From positions 1-26,091 of the forward strand of contig DRKG01000355.1 in NCBI GenBank assembly GCA_011051855.1: a DNA stretch of 26,091 nucleotides. Direction: 5' to 3'. The stretch comes from a bacterium. GTDB taxonomy: Bacteria > Planctomycetota > UBA1135 > UBA2386. The notes beneath the pieces are model-generated. The model was not told where the DNA came from and searched no databases. It worked only from the letters and a program-made list of their open reading frames with translations. Made by a program: the position numbers and the translations under genes. Below, piece after piece: positions 1 through 7,975 of the stretch (the first letter of the stretch is position 1; each line of letters opens with the position of its first letter).

Positions 1-92
1 CCTGGCGCTACTACTGCCTGTCGCACCTCGGCCAGCCGGTCCCCGGCTCGCCCGCAGCATCCGAACCGGACAAGGTGGAGCAGCCGTCGTGA
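1..92 (+). CDS. 3' end of an upstream gene (partial, product unknown)
   Basis: The frame starting at position 3 reads WRYYCLSHLGQPVPGSPAASEPDKVEQPS. Its stop TGA (90-92) overlaps the GTG start of the next gene (GTGA), as at other junctions in this operon. Confidence 0.6.
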   Translation, partial: WRYYCLSHLGQPVPGSPAASEPDKVEQPS

Positions 93-1027
93 CCGCCGCG
101 GAGAACGGGGCTCCGGTGGTGTCGGTGGTGGTGCTGAGTTGGAACACGCAGGCGTTGACGTTGGCGTGTCTGGGAGCACTGTTCAGGGAGACACCCCGGC
201 ACGCGCGCGAGGTCATCGTCGTCGACAACGGCAGCGAAGACGGATCGGCGGACGCGGTCGCGGCGCAGTTCCCGCAGGTGCGTCTTCTGCGCAACCAGGA
301 GAACCGCCTCTACGCCGCGGGCAACAATCAGGGAGCGGCGTTGGCGACCGGCGAGTTCGTGGTCACGCTGAACTCCGATACCGAAGTGCAGCCCGGCGCG
401 CTCGACCGGCTGGTCGATTTCTTGCGCGAGCATCCCGACTACGGCGCCGTGGCCCCACGGCTGAGCGACCCGGACGGCAGCGTGCAGCACGCTTGCCAGC
501 GGTTTCCGACCCTGTGGACGGCACTGTGCTTCGACTCGTGGTTCGGCACCTTCTGGCCCGGCAAGCGCGTCGTCGACCGCTACCTGATGCGCGACTTCGA
601 CCACCTCGAGTCGCGGGACGTCGAACAGCCGCCGGGCGCGGTGTGCATGCTGCGCACCCGGGACTGGCGCGAACTGGGTGGTTTCGATGAACGGCTCGCG
701 CTGTTCTACAACGACGTCGACCTGTGCAAGCGCGTGCACCAGCGCGGCCAGAGGATCCGCTACCTGGCGACCGCCGAAGTCATGCACCACCGCGGTGCCA
801 GCACCCGGAACTTCGCCAAGATGCTCGTCATCTGGCACCGCAACCGCCTCGCCTACTACCGCAAGCACTACGGCTGGTTCGGCGGCCTGTGGATCCGGCT
901 GTGTGTGCGGCTGCGGATCTGGGAAGAGTGGTGGAAGATCGGGCGCCGCAACCGGCGGGATCCCGGGCGCAAGAAGGCCGAACGTGACTTCTTGCGCCAG
1001 TCGCAGCGGGAGCTGTGGTCGTCGTGA
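89..1027 (+). CDS. Glycosyltransferase family 2 (WbbL/GT2-like), 312 aa
   Basis: Motifs VSVVVLSWN, VIVVDNGSEDGS, LNSD (DxD-like), GAVCMLR, GGFDERLALFYNDVDLC and EVMHHRGAS. GTG start with upstream GGTGGAG. Confidence 0.93.
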   Translation: MTAAENGAPVVSVVVLSWNTQALTLACLGALFRETPRHAREVIVVDNGSEDGSADAVAAQFPQVRLLRNQENRLYAAGNNQGAALATGEFVVTLNSDTEVQPGALDRLVDFLREHPDYGAVAPRLSDPDGSVQHACQRFPTLWTALCFDSWFGTFWPGKRVVDRYLMRDFDHLESRDVEQPPGAVCMLRTRDWRELGGFDERLALFYNDVDLCKRVHQRGQRIRYLATAEVMHHRGASTRNFAKMLVIWHRNRLAYYRKHYGWFGGLWIRLCVRLRIWEEWWKIGRRNRRDPGRKKAERDFLRQSQRELWSS

Positions 1028-2229
1028 AGGTCTGCTTCGTGACCTCGAACTACCCGCCCGAGGCGCGCGGTGGCACCGAGCAGGTGACGGTCGCGCTGGC
1101 GCGCGAACTGGGCGCGCGCGGCGTCGAGGTGGTGGTGGTCAGCGGAAGCGACCAGCCGCACGACGGCTGCGACGTGCGGGTCGAACGGCACGAGGGAACC
1201 ATCGTGCATCGCGTCTTCAAGACCGCCGAAGAATGGGCGGAGAAGGCGTTCGTGCAGGCGCGCGTGCTGCGACTGGTCGGCGATCTGCTGGCGCGCGAGC
1301 GGCCCGACGTGGTGCACGTGCATTCGTGTGCGGTGCTCGGGTGCGGCGTGACCCCCTGGTGCCGGGAGCGCGGGGTGCCGGCGGTGATGACGTTTCACGA
1401 CCAGTGGGTGACCTGCCCGCTGTTCTTCCGCCTGCCGCAGGGCGGAGTCGCCTGTCCGGTCGACGACGATCGCGCGCCGTGTGTCGTCTGCACGGCCGAC
1501 GCACTGGCTGCCGACACCGGGTTCACCGCCCGCGCGATCGCCGAACGCGACCGGCTGGTGCGGGCCGAGGTCGCGGCCGCTTCGGCGTGCACCGCACCGA
1601 GTCGGACGGCGGCGGACCTGGTGCGGCGTTGCCTGCCGTACGACGGGCGGATCGAGGTGGTCCCGCACGGCCTGGTGCGAAAGGTGGCCGCCGCGGACCG
1701 CGCCCCCGAGCCGGTCGCCGGGGAGCGGCTGCGCATCGGCACCTTCGGCGGCCTCGTCGCCGAGAAGGGCGTGCGCGAGTTGCTCGCGGCGGCGGCGCCG
1801 CTCGATTGCGAGCTGCACCTGTCCGGTCGCCTGCACGGGGGTGGCCTCGCCGAAGAACTCGCCGCCCGCGCGGCGGCCGGCCTGTGCTACCGATACCACG
1901 GGCCCTACGGCCCCGAGGACCCGCATCCGGCGCGCAATCTGCACCTGGCGGTGTTCCCCTCGAAGTGCCAGGAAACCTACGGTCTGGTCGTCGACGAGGC
2001 GCTCGCGCACGGTGTGCCGGTGGTCTGTTCAGACCGGGGCGCGCTCGGGGAACGGCGGCACGCGCCGGGCGTGTGCGTCACACCGCTCGAAGCGTTGCCG
2101 GAAACGCTCGCCGACCTGATAGGTTCTCCACAGCGGCTCGCGGCTCTGCGCGCGGCGATCCCGGCCGAGCTGCCGACGATCGCCTCCTCCGCCGACCGCC
2201 ACCTCGCCCTCTACCGATCGCTCGTATGA
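1024..2229 (+). CDS. Glycosyltransferase family 4 (GT-B, retaining)
   Basis: N-terminus MKVCFVTSNYPPEARGGTEQ, then PDVVHVH, TFHDQW and C-terminal ETYGLVVDEALAHGVPVVCS. Start placed at GTG 1024 (GTGA overlap) rather than 1015. Confidence 0.92.
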   Translation: MKVCFVTSNYPPEARGGTEQVTVALARELGARGVEVVVVSGSDQPHDGCDVRVERHEGTIVHRVFKTAEEWAEKAFVQARVLRLVGDLLARERPDVVHVHSCAVLGCGVTPWCRERGVPAVMTFHDQWVTCPLFFRLPQGGVACPVDDDRAPCVVCTADALAADTGFTARAIAERDRLVRAEVAAASACTAPSRTAADLVRRCLPYDGRIEVVPHGLVRKVAAADRAPEPVAGERLRIGTFGGLVAEKGVRELLAAAAPLDCELHLSGRLHGGGLAEELAARAAAGLCYRYHGPYGPEDPHPARNLHLAVFPSKCQETYGLVVDEALAHGVPVVCSDRGALGERRHAPGVCVTPLEALPETLADLIGSPQRLAALRAAIPAELPTIASSADRHLALYRSLV

Positions 2230-2960
2230 AGCACCTGTTCTCACCGCTGCTGCCGAAGGACCCGTTGCAGGGGCCGGTGTTGGTGCTGGCCGCGCATCCG
2301 GACGACGAGGTCATCGGCGCTGGCGGCATGCTCGCATTCCACGCACGGCAGGGTCATGACGTCACCGTCGTGCACGCCACCGACGGTGCCGCCGGGGATC
2401 CCGGTGCGCGCGAACCGGGCGACATCCGCGACGTGCGTCGGCAGGAGGGGGCCGAGGCGTTGCGCCGCCTCGGGCTCGGGCCGGCGCGGCATTGGGATCT
2501 GCCGGACGGGCAGTTGCCGGAACGGCTCGGGGAACTGACTTCGCGCATCGTCGACGTGATGCGCGAGGTCGCGCCGAAGACCCTCTACACGTTCCACGCC
2601 GGCGAGGCGCACCGCGACCACCGCGCCGTCGCCAAGGCCTCCGCCGACGCCGCCCACGCGCTGTCGGACGATTGCCGCTGCCTGTGCTACGGCGTCAACT
2701 TCGTGCCCGGCGGTGGCACCCTGTTCGATACCACCGATACCTACCCGAAGGCCTACGAGGCATTGAAGGCCTACAAGAGCCAGAATGCCTACATCGACCT
2801 GCCGGGCATGAGCGAGCACCGCTGCCGCGCCGCGACCGTCAACCTCGACATCGGCGGGGTGCTCTACGGCGAACTGTTCCTGGACCTGACGCCGCGCGAA
2901 CTGCCCGAGGTGCACGCGCTGCAGGACCGTCTCCACCGATTCGTGCAGCGCGAGGCATGA
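2226..2960 (+). CDS. PIG-L family de-N-acetylase (LmbE/BshB-like), 244 aa
   Basis: VLVLAAHPDDEVIGAGG, TDGAAG and HRDH metal/catalytic motifs. ATG 2226 overlaps the GT4 stop (ATGA). The track ORF 678..2960 is in frame but over-extended. Confidence 0.92.
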   Translation: MKHLFSPLLPKDPLQGPVLVLAAHPDDEVIGAGGMLAFHARQGHDVTVVHATDGAAGDPGAREPGDIRDVRRQEGAEALRRLGLGPARHWDLPDGQLPERLGELTSRIVDVMREVAPKTLYTFHAGEAHRDHRAVAKASADAAHALSDDCRCLCYGVNFVPGGGTLFDTTDTYPKAYEALKAYKSQNAYIDLPGMSEHRCRAATVNLDIGGVLYGELFLDLTPRELPEVHALQDRLHRFVQREA

Positions 2961-3895
2961 CTGAAGAACCGCAGCAACGACCGACCGTCTCGCTGGTGAT
3001 CTCGGTCTGGAACCGCAAAGACGACCTGCGCGAGAACCTCGCCGCGATCCGCCGGCAGACCGTCAAGGCCGACCAGGTGATCGTCGTCGACAACGACTCC
3101 AGCGACGGCACGCCGGAGATGGTCGTCGCGGAGTTCCCCGAGGTGCAGTTGATCCGCATGCCGCACTCCGACTACGGCGCCTGCGAGACGTTCAACATCG
3201 GCTTCGCCAGCGCGTTCGGCGAGTTCGTCGGCATCCTCGACGACGACGTGATCCTGCCGCCGACGTTCGTCGAGCACATGTTGCAGAAGTTCGCCGAGGA
3301 ACCGGCGACGACCGCGATCCTGTCGCCGAAGGTGGTCGAGCCGGAGATGCCGGAGTGGTACCTCGCCAACGAGAAGCTGCACAGCGAGCGCTACCTGGCG
3401 ACGTTCCGCGGTTGTGGCTCGATGGCGCGCGCCCACGCCCTGCGCGAGGCGAAGTGGTACGACATCCGTTTCTTCATCTTCGGCAACGAACGCGACCTGA
3501 CGACTCGGCTCCTGAACCTCGGCTATCGCGTCAAGATGTTCCCGGCGGTCGAGGTGTTCCACAAGGCGCCGTTCGGCATGCGCCACGGCAAACGCAGCCT
3601 CTACTACCACGTGCGCAACTTCTGGCTCTATGCGTTCAAGTACCTGCCGTGGAGCCAAGTGCTGTGGTTCCCGTTCGCGTTCCTGAAGAAAGGCCTCGGC
3701 GGCAAGCGCAAGTCGGACGGCGGCGAAGTCTCCGACGCGGTTGGCACGATCGGTCTGTTCGACAACATCAAGGGCGTGAAGTGGGGGTGGTGGATCTGCT
3801 GCAAGGCGACCCTGAACGCGCTCGCCAACCTGCCGTACTGCCTGCGCCACCGGCAGGTCTGTCGGCACCCGGACTTCGAGCCGCCGCTCAGGTAG
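2957..3895 (+). CDS. Glycosyltransferase family 2, 312 aa
   Basis: VSLVISVWNR, VIVVDNDSSDGT, ILDDDV and FFIFGNERDL. ATG 2957 overlaps the upstream stop (ATGA). Confidence 0.92.
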   Translation: MTEEPQQRPTVSLVISVWNRKDDLRENLAAIRRQTVKADQVIVVDNDSSDGTPEMVVAEFPEVQLIRMPHSDYGACETFNIGFASAFGEFVGILDDDVILPPTFVEHMLQKFAEEPATTAILSPKVVEPEMPEWYLANEKLHSERYLATFRGCGSMARAHALREAKWYDIRFFIFGNERDLTTRLLNLGYRVKMFPAVEVFHKAPFGMRHGKRSLYYHVRNFWLYAFKYLPWSQVLWFPFAFLKKGLGGKRKSDGGEVSDAVGTIGLFDNIKGVKWGWWICCKATLNALANLPYCLRHRQVCRHPDFEPPLR

Positions 3896-3913
3896 CATGC
3901 TCGCCCTCACCTC

Positions 3914-4969
3914 GTGATCAGTGCGATCGTCGTCAATTGGAACGGGCGCGAATACCTGCCCGGGTGTCTCGACGCCCTGCTGGCGCAAGATCCTGCGCCA
4001 GCGGAGGTCATCGTCGTGGACAACCACTCTGACGACGGCTCGCGCGAGCTCGTCGCGGAGCGCTATCCCGGCGTACGCGTGATCGACACCGGTCGCAACG
4101 GCGGGCCGTGCTTCGCGCGCAACGTCGGGGCTGCCGCGGCCAGCGGCGATCGCCTGTTGTTCGTCGACAACGACGTCGAACTGCACGCGGGAGCCTTGGC
4201 GGCCTTGATCGGGTGCATGGATCGGCACGCCGGCACCGCACTGGTGCAGGCCCGTTCGCTGTGCGGTGACGCTCCCGACGTGGTGCACTACGACGGCGGC
4301 GATCTGCACTTCCTCGGCACGCTGGTGCTGCGCAACTGGTACCGGCCGCGGGCGGAGGCGGTCGATCCCGAGGGGCCGATCGGGGCCGCGATCGCACTGT
4401 GCTTTCTGGTCGCGAAGGCCGCCTACGAGGAGGTGTCGGGCTTCGACGAGAACCTGTTCATCCTCTACGAGGACAACGAGTTCTCCTACAAACTGCGCAT
4501 GCGCGGCCACGCCATCCGCCTTTGCCCGAAGGCGCTGTGCACCCACAAGGCCGGCACGGTCGGGCTCAGCGTGCGCGGCGACGCCGCCTATCCCGGCCGC
4601 CGCACCTACCTGCACAGCAAGAACCGCTGGTACGTGCTGTTCACCTGCATGCGTTGGCGCACGCTGGTGTTGACGGTGCCCGCCCAGTTGCTCTACGGCA
4701 TCGTCTATGCGGCGTTCGGCGTCGGCCGCGGCCACCTCGGTTCGTGGCTGCGGGGCAAGTGGGAACTGCTGTGCTTGCTGCCGAAGGCGCTGCGGGCGCG
4801 CGGCCCGGCGCAGCGCGGTCGCACGGTTCCCGATCGCGACCTGCTGGTGGCGACGCCGATGACCCTGAATCCGGGGCTCGCCGACCGAGGGGCTTCGGCG
4901 TGGCTGCGGCGCACCATGGATCGCTTCTTCGCCGGCTACTGGCGGCTGGTGCGGAGGCTCTGTGGCTGA
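3914..4969 (+). CDS. Glycosyltransferase family 2, 351 aa
   Basis: ISAIVVNWNG, VIVVDNHSDDGS, FVDNDV and GFDENLFILYEDNEFS. Confidence 0.93.
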   Translation: MISAIVVNWNGREYLPGCLDALLAQDPAPAEVIVVDNHSDDGSRELVAERYPGVRVIDTGRNGGPCFARNVGAAAASGDRLLFVDNDVELHAGALAALIGCMDRHAGTALVQARSLCGDAPDVVHYDGGDLHFLGTLVLRNWYRPRAEAVDPEGPIGAAIALCFLVAKAAYEEVSGFDENLFILYEDNEFSYKLRMRGHAIRLCPKALCTHKAGTVGLSVRGDAAYPGRRTYLHSKNRWYVLFTCMRWRTLVLTVPAQLLYGIVYAAFGVGRGHLGSWLRGKWELLCLLPKALRARGPAQRGRTVPDRDLLVATPMTLNPGLADRGASAWLRRTMDRFFAGYWRLVRRLCG

Positions 4970-5894
4970 TCGTGGCGCGCCCGAAGTGGCCGCGCTGCTG
5001 CTGAACTGGCGTGGTGCGGCGATGACCTTGCAGTGCCTCGGCGACCTGCTGCGGGTCGACGGCGTGACGCTGCTGGTGCTGGTGATCGACAACGGCTCGG
5101 GCGCGGCCGAGGTCGATCGGTTGCGGGCGGGCATCGACGCGGCCGACGCCAACGGCCACGCGATCGAGCTGTTGGCGTTGCCCGACAACCTCGGCTTCAC
5201 CGGCGGCATGAATCGCGGCCTGCGGCTCGCCGCGGCGCGCGCCGTGCCGTTCGCGCTGGTGTTGAACAACGACCTGCGGTTGCCGGCGGACTTCTTGCGG
5301 CCATTGGTCGACGTGCTGCGCCACGACGCGAGCGTGGCTGCGGTCGGCCCGACCGTCGTGCACCCCGACGGCACGGTCTGGGCGGAGGGCGGTGCGGTTG
5401 CGTTCGCCGCCAACGCGCTGCGGCTGCACGGCCACGGGCGATCCCCGCGCCCGCCGAGCCACGGCCCGGAGGAGGTCGGCTTCGTGCCGGGCGCCTGCCT
5501 CTTGCTGCGCACGGCCGCCGCCGCGGAAATCGGGTTCTTCGCCGACGACTACTTCATGTATTGGGAGGACGTCGATCTCGGCGCCCGACTCCGGCGGCAG
5601 GGCCACAAGAACATCTGGCTGCCGTGGGTGCAGGTCGAGCACCACGCCGGCAGTTCGTCAGGGGGCGGCCGCTCCCCCCTGCGCAAGTTCCTGATGGCGT
5701 GCAACGCGGTGCGCTACCTGAAGGCATGTGGCGGCGCGCAAGGCTGGCTCGGGTGGTTCGTGTTCGACGTGCTGTTGTGGCCGCTGGCGTTCGCTCGCGG
5801 ACCGCGTGCAGCGTGCGCCAAGCTGCGCGGCACCGTCGCCGGCCTGTGCGGTCACCGGGCGAGTGCCGCCGACGTCATCCGCTATCTCGGCTGA
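4962..5894 (+). CDS. Glycosyltransferase family 2, 310 aa
   Basis: LLLNWRG, VIDNGSG, NLGFTGGMN, LNND, GACLLLR and FFADDYFMYWEDVDL. Overlaps the upstream gene by 8 bp. Confidence 0.93.
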   Translation: MADRGAPEVAALLLNWRGAAMTLQCLGDLLRVDGVTLLVLVIDNGSGAAEVDRLRAGIDAADANGHAIELLALPDNLGFTGGMNRGLRLAAARAVPFALVLNNDLRLPADFLRPLVDVLRHDASVAAVGPTVVHPDGTVWAEGGAVAFAANALRLHGHGRSPRPPSHGPEEVGFVPGACLLLRTAAAAEIGFFADDYFMYWEDVDLGARLRRQGHKNIWLPWVQVEHHAGSSSGGGRSPLRKFLMACNAVRYLKACGGAQGWLGWFVFDVLLWPLAFARGPRAACAKLRGTVAGLCGHRASAADVIRYLG

Positions 5895-7105
5895 TCCCGG
5901 CGGGCCCGCAGGAGGTGGTCGAGGCGCTCGTCCGGCGGCAGCGCAAGGAGCTGCTCCTGCAACGCGCGCCGCCGTCGCCGTTCGTCGGCCGGGGTCGGGT
6001 CGTCTTCGGTGCGGGTCCGGGTGCGCGCCGGGTCGAACGGCAGCGCGACCTCGGCGGTGGCGAGTTCTGGCGCTATGACCACGTCGCTGTTGCTGTGCGG
6101 GGCGAACTCGCTCGCCACCGTGGCGTCGATCGAGCCCGGTTCGCCGGGCAACACCGTCGCGACGATCGTCACCGACCCTGCGCCGGCGAGTTGGCGGGCG
6201 CAGGCGAACCAGCGCTTGGGAGTGAGGAGTGCCCGCGCATCGAGCCCCGGCTGCACCCAGGCGCCGGACGGCGCGCTGGTCCTCGCCTCGGCGCGTGTCA
6301 GCGCCGTCAGGGAATCGAGCAGCAGCAGCACGTCGTGGCCGTGCTCGGCCTGTCGCCGGGCGCGTTCGGCCACCAGTGTGGCGGTGGCTACGTGCCGGTC
6401 GGGTGCCGCGGCGAACGGCGTGTCGACGACCTCGATGCCGGAGCCGTCGAGCCGCGCGCGCACGGCCGCACCGTCTTCGGGGCGCTGGTCGAGCAGGCAG
6501 ATGGTCGTGCGCACTTCGGGGTGTCGGCGTTGCACCGAGCGCGCCAGGCGGGCGAGCAGGTGGCCGCGTGCGAAGGACTCCGGGGCGCGCAGTAGGACGC
6601 GGTGGCCGAAGCACCACGGGGCGAGTGTCTGCAGGGCCCACAGTTCGTCGTCGTCGTCTCCCAGCGACAATGGCCGGGTCGCGACCATGGGCGTGCGCGC
6701 GTCGAACGGCGCGATGCGGTCGAGGTGCTCGGGTGGCTGGCCTTCGACGGCGTCGACGTGCAAGAGGGCGAAGAACCGTTCCCCGCTGCGCGGCGCACGC
6801 ACCGGTCCTTGCACGCGGTGACCTTGCTGTAGGTTCAGGCTGCGTATCTGGCTGGGGCTGACGTAGGTGTCGACGGCGCTCGGCTCGTAACCGAGTTCGA
6901 TCGCACGCAGGAACCCGAACCCTTCCGGCAGCACCGTCAGCACGCCGTCGGCCTCGATGGGGTCACCGCGGCCGAGGTGGGCGGTGAGCACCGCCGCCGC
7001 CAGTTCGTCGGTGTTGAGGTGGGGGCGCAGCTCGCCGCCGAGTTCGAGTGCGCGTCGCAGCAAATCGTCGCGCGGCGTCGCCAGCAGTTCGCGCACGCTG
7101 GTCAT
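5882..7105 (-). CDS. rho: Transcription termination factor Rho homolog, 407 aa, with degenerate ATPase motifs
   Basis: Colinear with Rho: DGVLTVLPEGFGFLR, DTYVSPSQIRSLNL, GERFFAL, LLDSLT, PKRWFACAR and GSVTIVAT. ATG 7105 overlaps the coaE stop (ATGA). Walker A reads APESFARG. Confidence 0.93.
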   Translation of the reverse strand: MTSVRELLATPRDDLLRRALELGGELRPHLNTDELAAAVLTAHLGRGDPIEADGVLTVLPEGFGFLRAIELGYEPSAVDTYVSPSQIRSLNLQQGHRVQGPVRAPRSGERFFALLHVDAVEGQPPEHLDRIAPFDARTPMVATRPLSLGDDDDELWALQTLAPWCFGHRVLLRAPESFARGHLLARLARSVQRRHPEVRTTICLLDQRPEDGAAVRARLDGSGIEVVDTPFAAAPDRHVATATLVAERARRQAEHGHDVLLLLDSLTALTRAEARTSAPSGAWVQPGLDARALLTPKRWFACARQLAGAGSVTIVATVLPGEPGSIDATVASEFAPHSNSDVVIAPELATAEVALPFDPARTRTRTEDDPTPADERRRRRALQEQLLALPPDERLDHLLRARRDQPR

Positions 7106-7746
7106 GCGTCTCCTCCGAGCTCGGCCAGTACCGCGGCGACGGCGGCTCGGGTCCGTGCGAGGTCGGAGCCGTTGTCGATGACGTGTTGGCTGCGGGCGCG
7201 CTTCTCGTGCAACGGCAGTTGGTGCCGTTCCCGTCTCTGCAGTTCGCCGGGCGGCCAGCCGCGCGCCCGGGCGCGCCGTTCGCGCACCTCGTCGTCGGCC
7301 GCGACGAATACGATCGTGTCGCAGTCGGCGGCAAGACCGGCTTCGAACAGGAGCGGCACGTCCAGCAGCGCGGTTTCGCCGGCGGAGCGCGCGGTCGCCA
7401 GCTCGGCGCGGATCCTGGCGCGCACCCGCGGGTGCACGATCTCCTCCAGGCGGCGGCGGGCGTCGGCGTCGGCGAACACCCGCGCGGCCAGTGCCGGGCG
7501 ATCGAGGGCGCCGTCGCGCACGAAGCCGTGGCCGAGGTCGGCGGCGACCGCCGCGACCACCTCGGGGTCCCGTGCCACCTCGCGGGCGAACTCGTCGGCG
7601 TTGATGTGCCGGATCCCGTGGGCCGCGAACAGCTCGGAGACGGTGGTCTTGCCCGCCGCCACGCCGCCCACGAGCCCGATGACGAGGGGCTTCTCGGGCC
7701 GGAACGGAACGGGGCGGCCGGTTGGGCCGTCGGCGCCACTGCGCAT
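7102..7746 (-). CDS. coaE: Dephospho-CoA kinase, 214 aa
   Basis: VIGLVGGVAAGKTTVS P-loop, INAD, LDRPALAARVFAD, LEEIVHP, DVPLLFE and VIDNGS. Confidence 0.95.
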   Translation of the reverse strand: MRSGADGPTGRPVPFRPEKPLVIGLVGGVAAGKTTVSELFAAHGIRHINADEFAREVARDPEVVAAVAADLGHGFVRDGALDRPALAARVFADADARRRLEEIVHPRVRARIRAELATARSAGETALLDVPLLFEAGLAADCDTIVFVAADDEVRERRARARGWPPGELQRRERHQLPLHEKRARSQHVIDNGSDLARTRAAVAAVLAELGGDA

Positions 7747-7800
7747 GCCTCCATCCTGGGGGAGACGGCGGGCGGAGGCAAGACGCGCGCGGAAGCCGCC

Positions 7801-7828
7801 TTGACCACGGGGGGTTCGCTCCTAAGAT
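7801..7828 (+). promoter_or_regulatory. Sigma70-type promoter for the 7976 gene
   Basis: TTGACC (7801-7806), 16 nt, TAAGAT (7823-7828), in the divergent intergenic region. Confidence 0.65.
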
Positions 7829-7975
7829 CTTGCGTTCCCGCGTGCTGACCCGTGCCCTCGGGCTGGCGCGCCGAGTCCGTCCCGAACACTCTCTCCGAAG
7901 AGCCCTCACTTCTCCCCGCCGCTGTCCTCCCCTCGGCAGCGATCGCACAGCACAGACCCCTTGGAGTTGGTTCCA

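Noticed and set aside
678-5645. Long overlapping ORFs 678..2960 (5' part), 868..2010, 2864..5512, 4641..5645 and similar
   Set aside because: Alternative-frame or antisense shadows of motif-bearing GT genes. Only the 2226-2960 part of the first is real.
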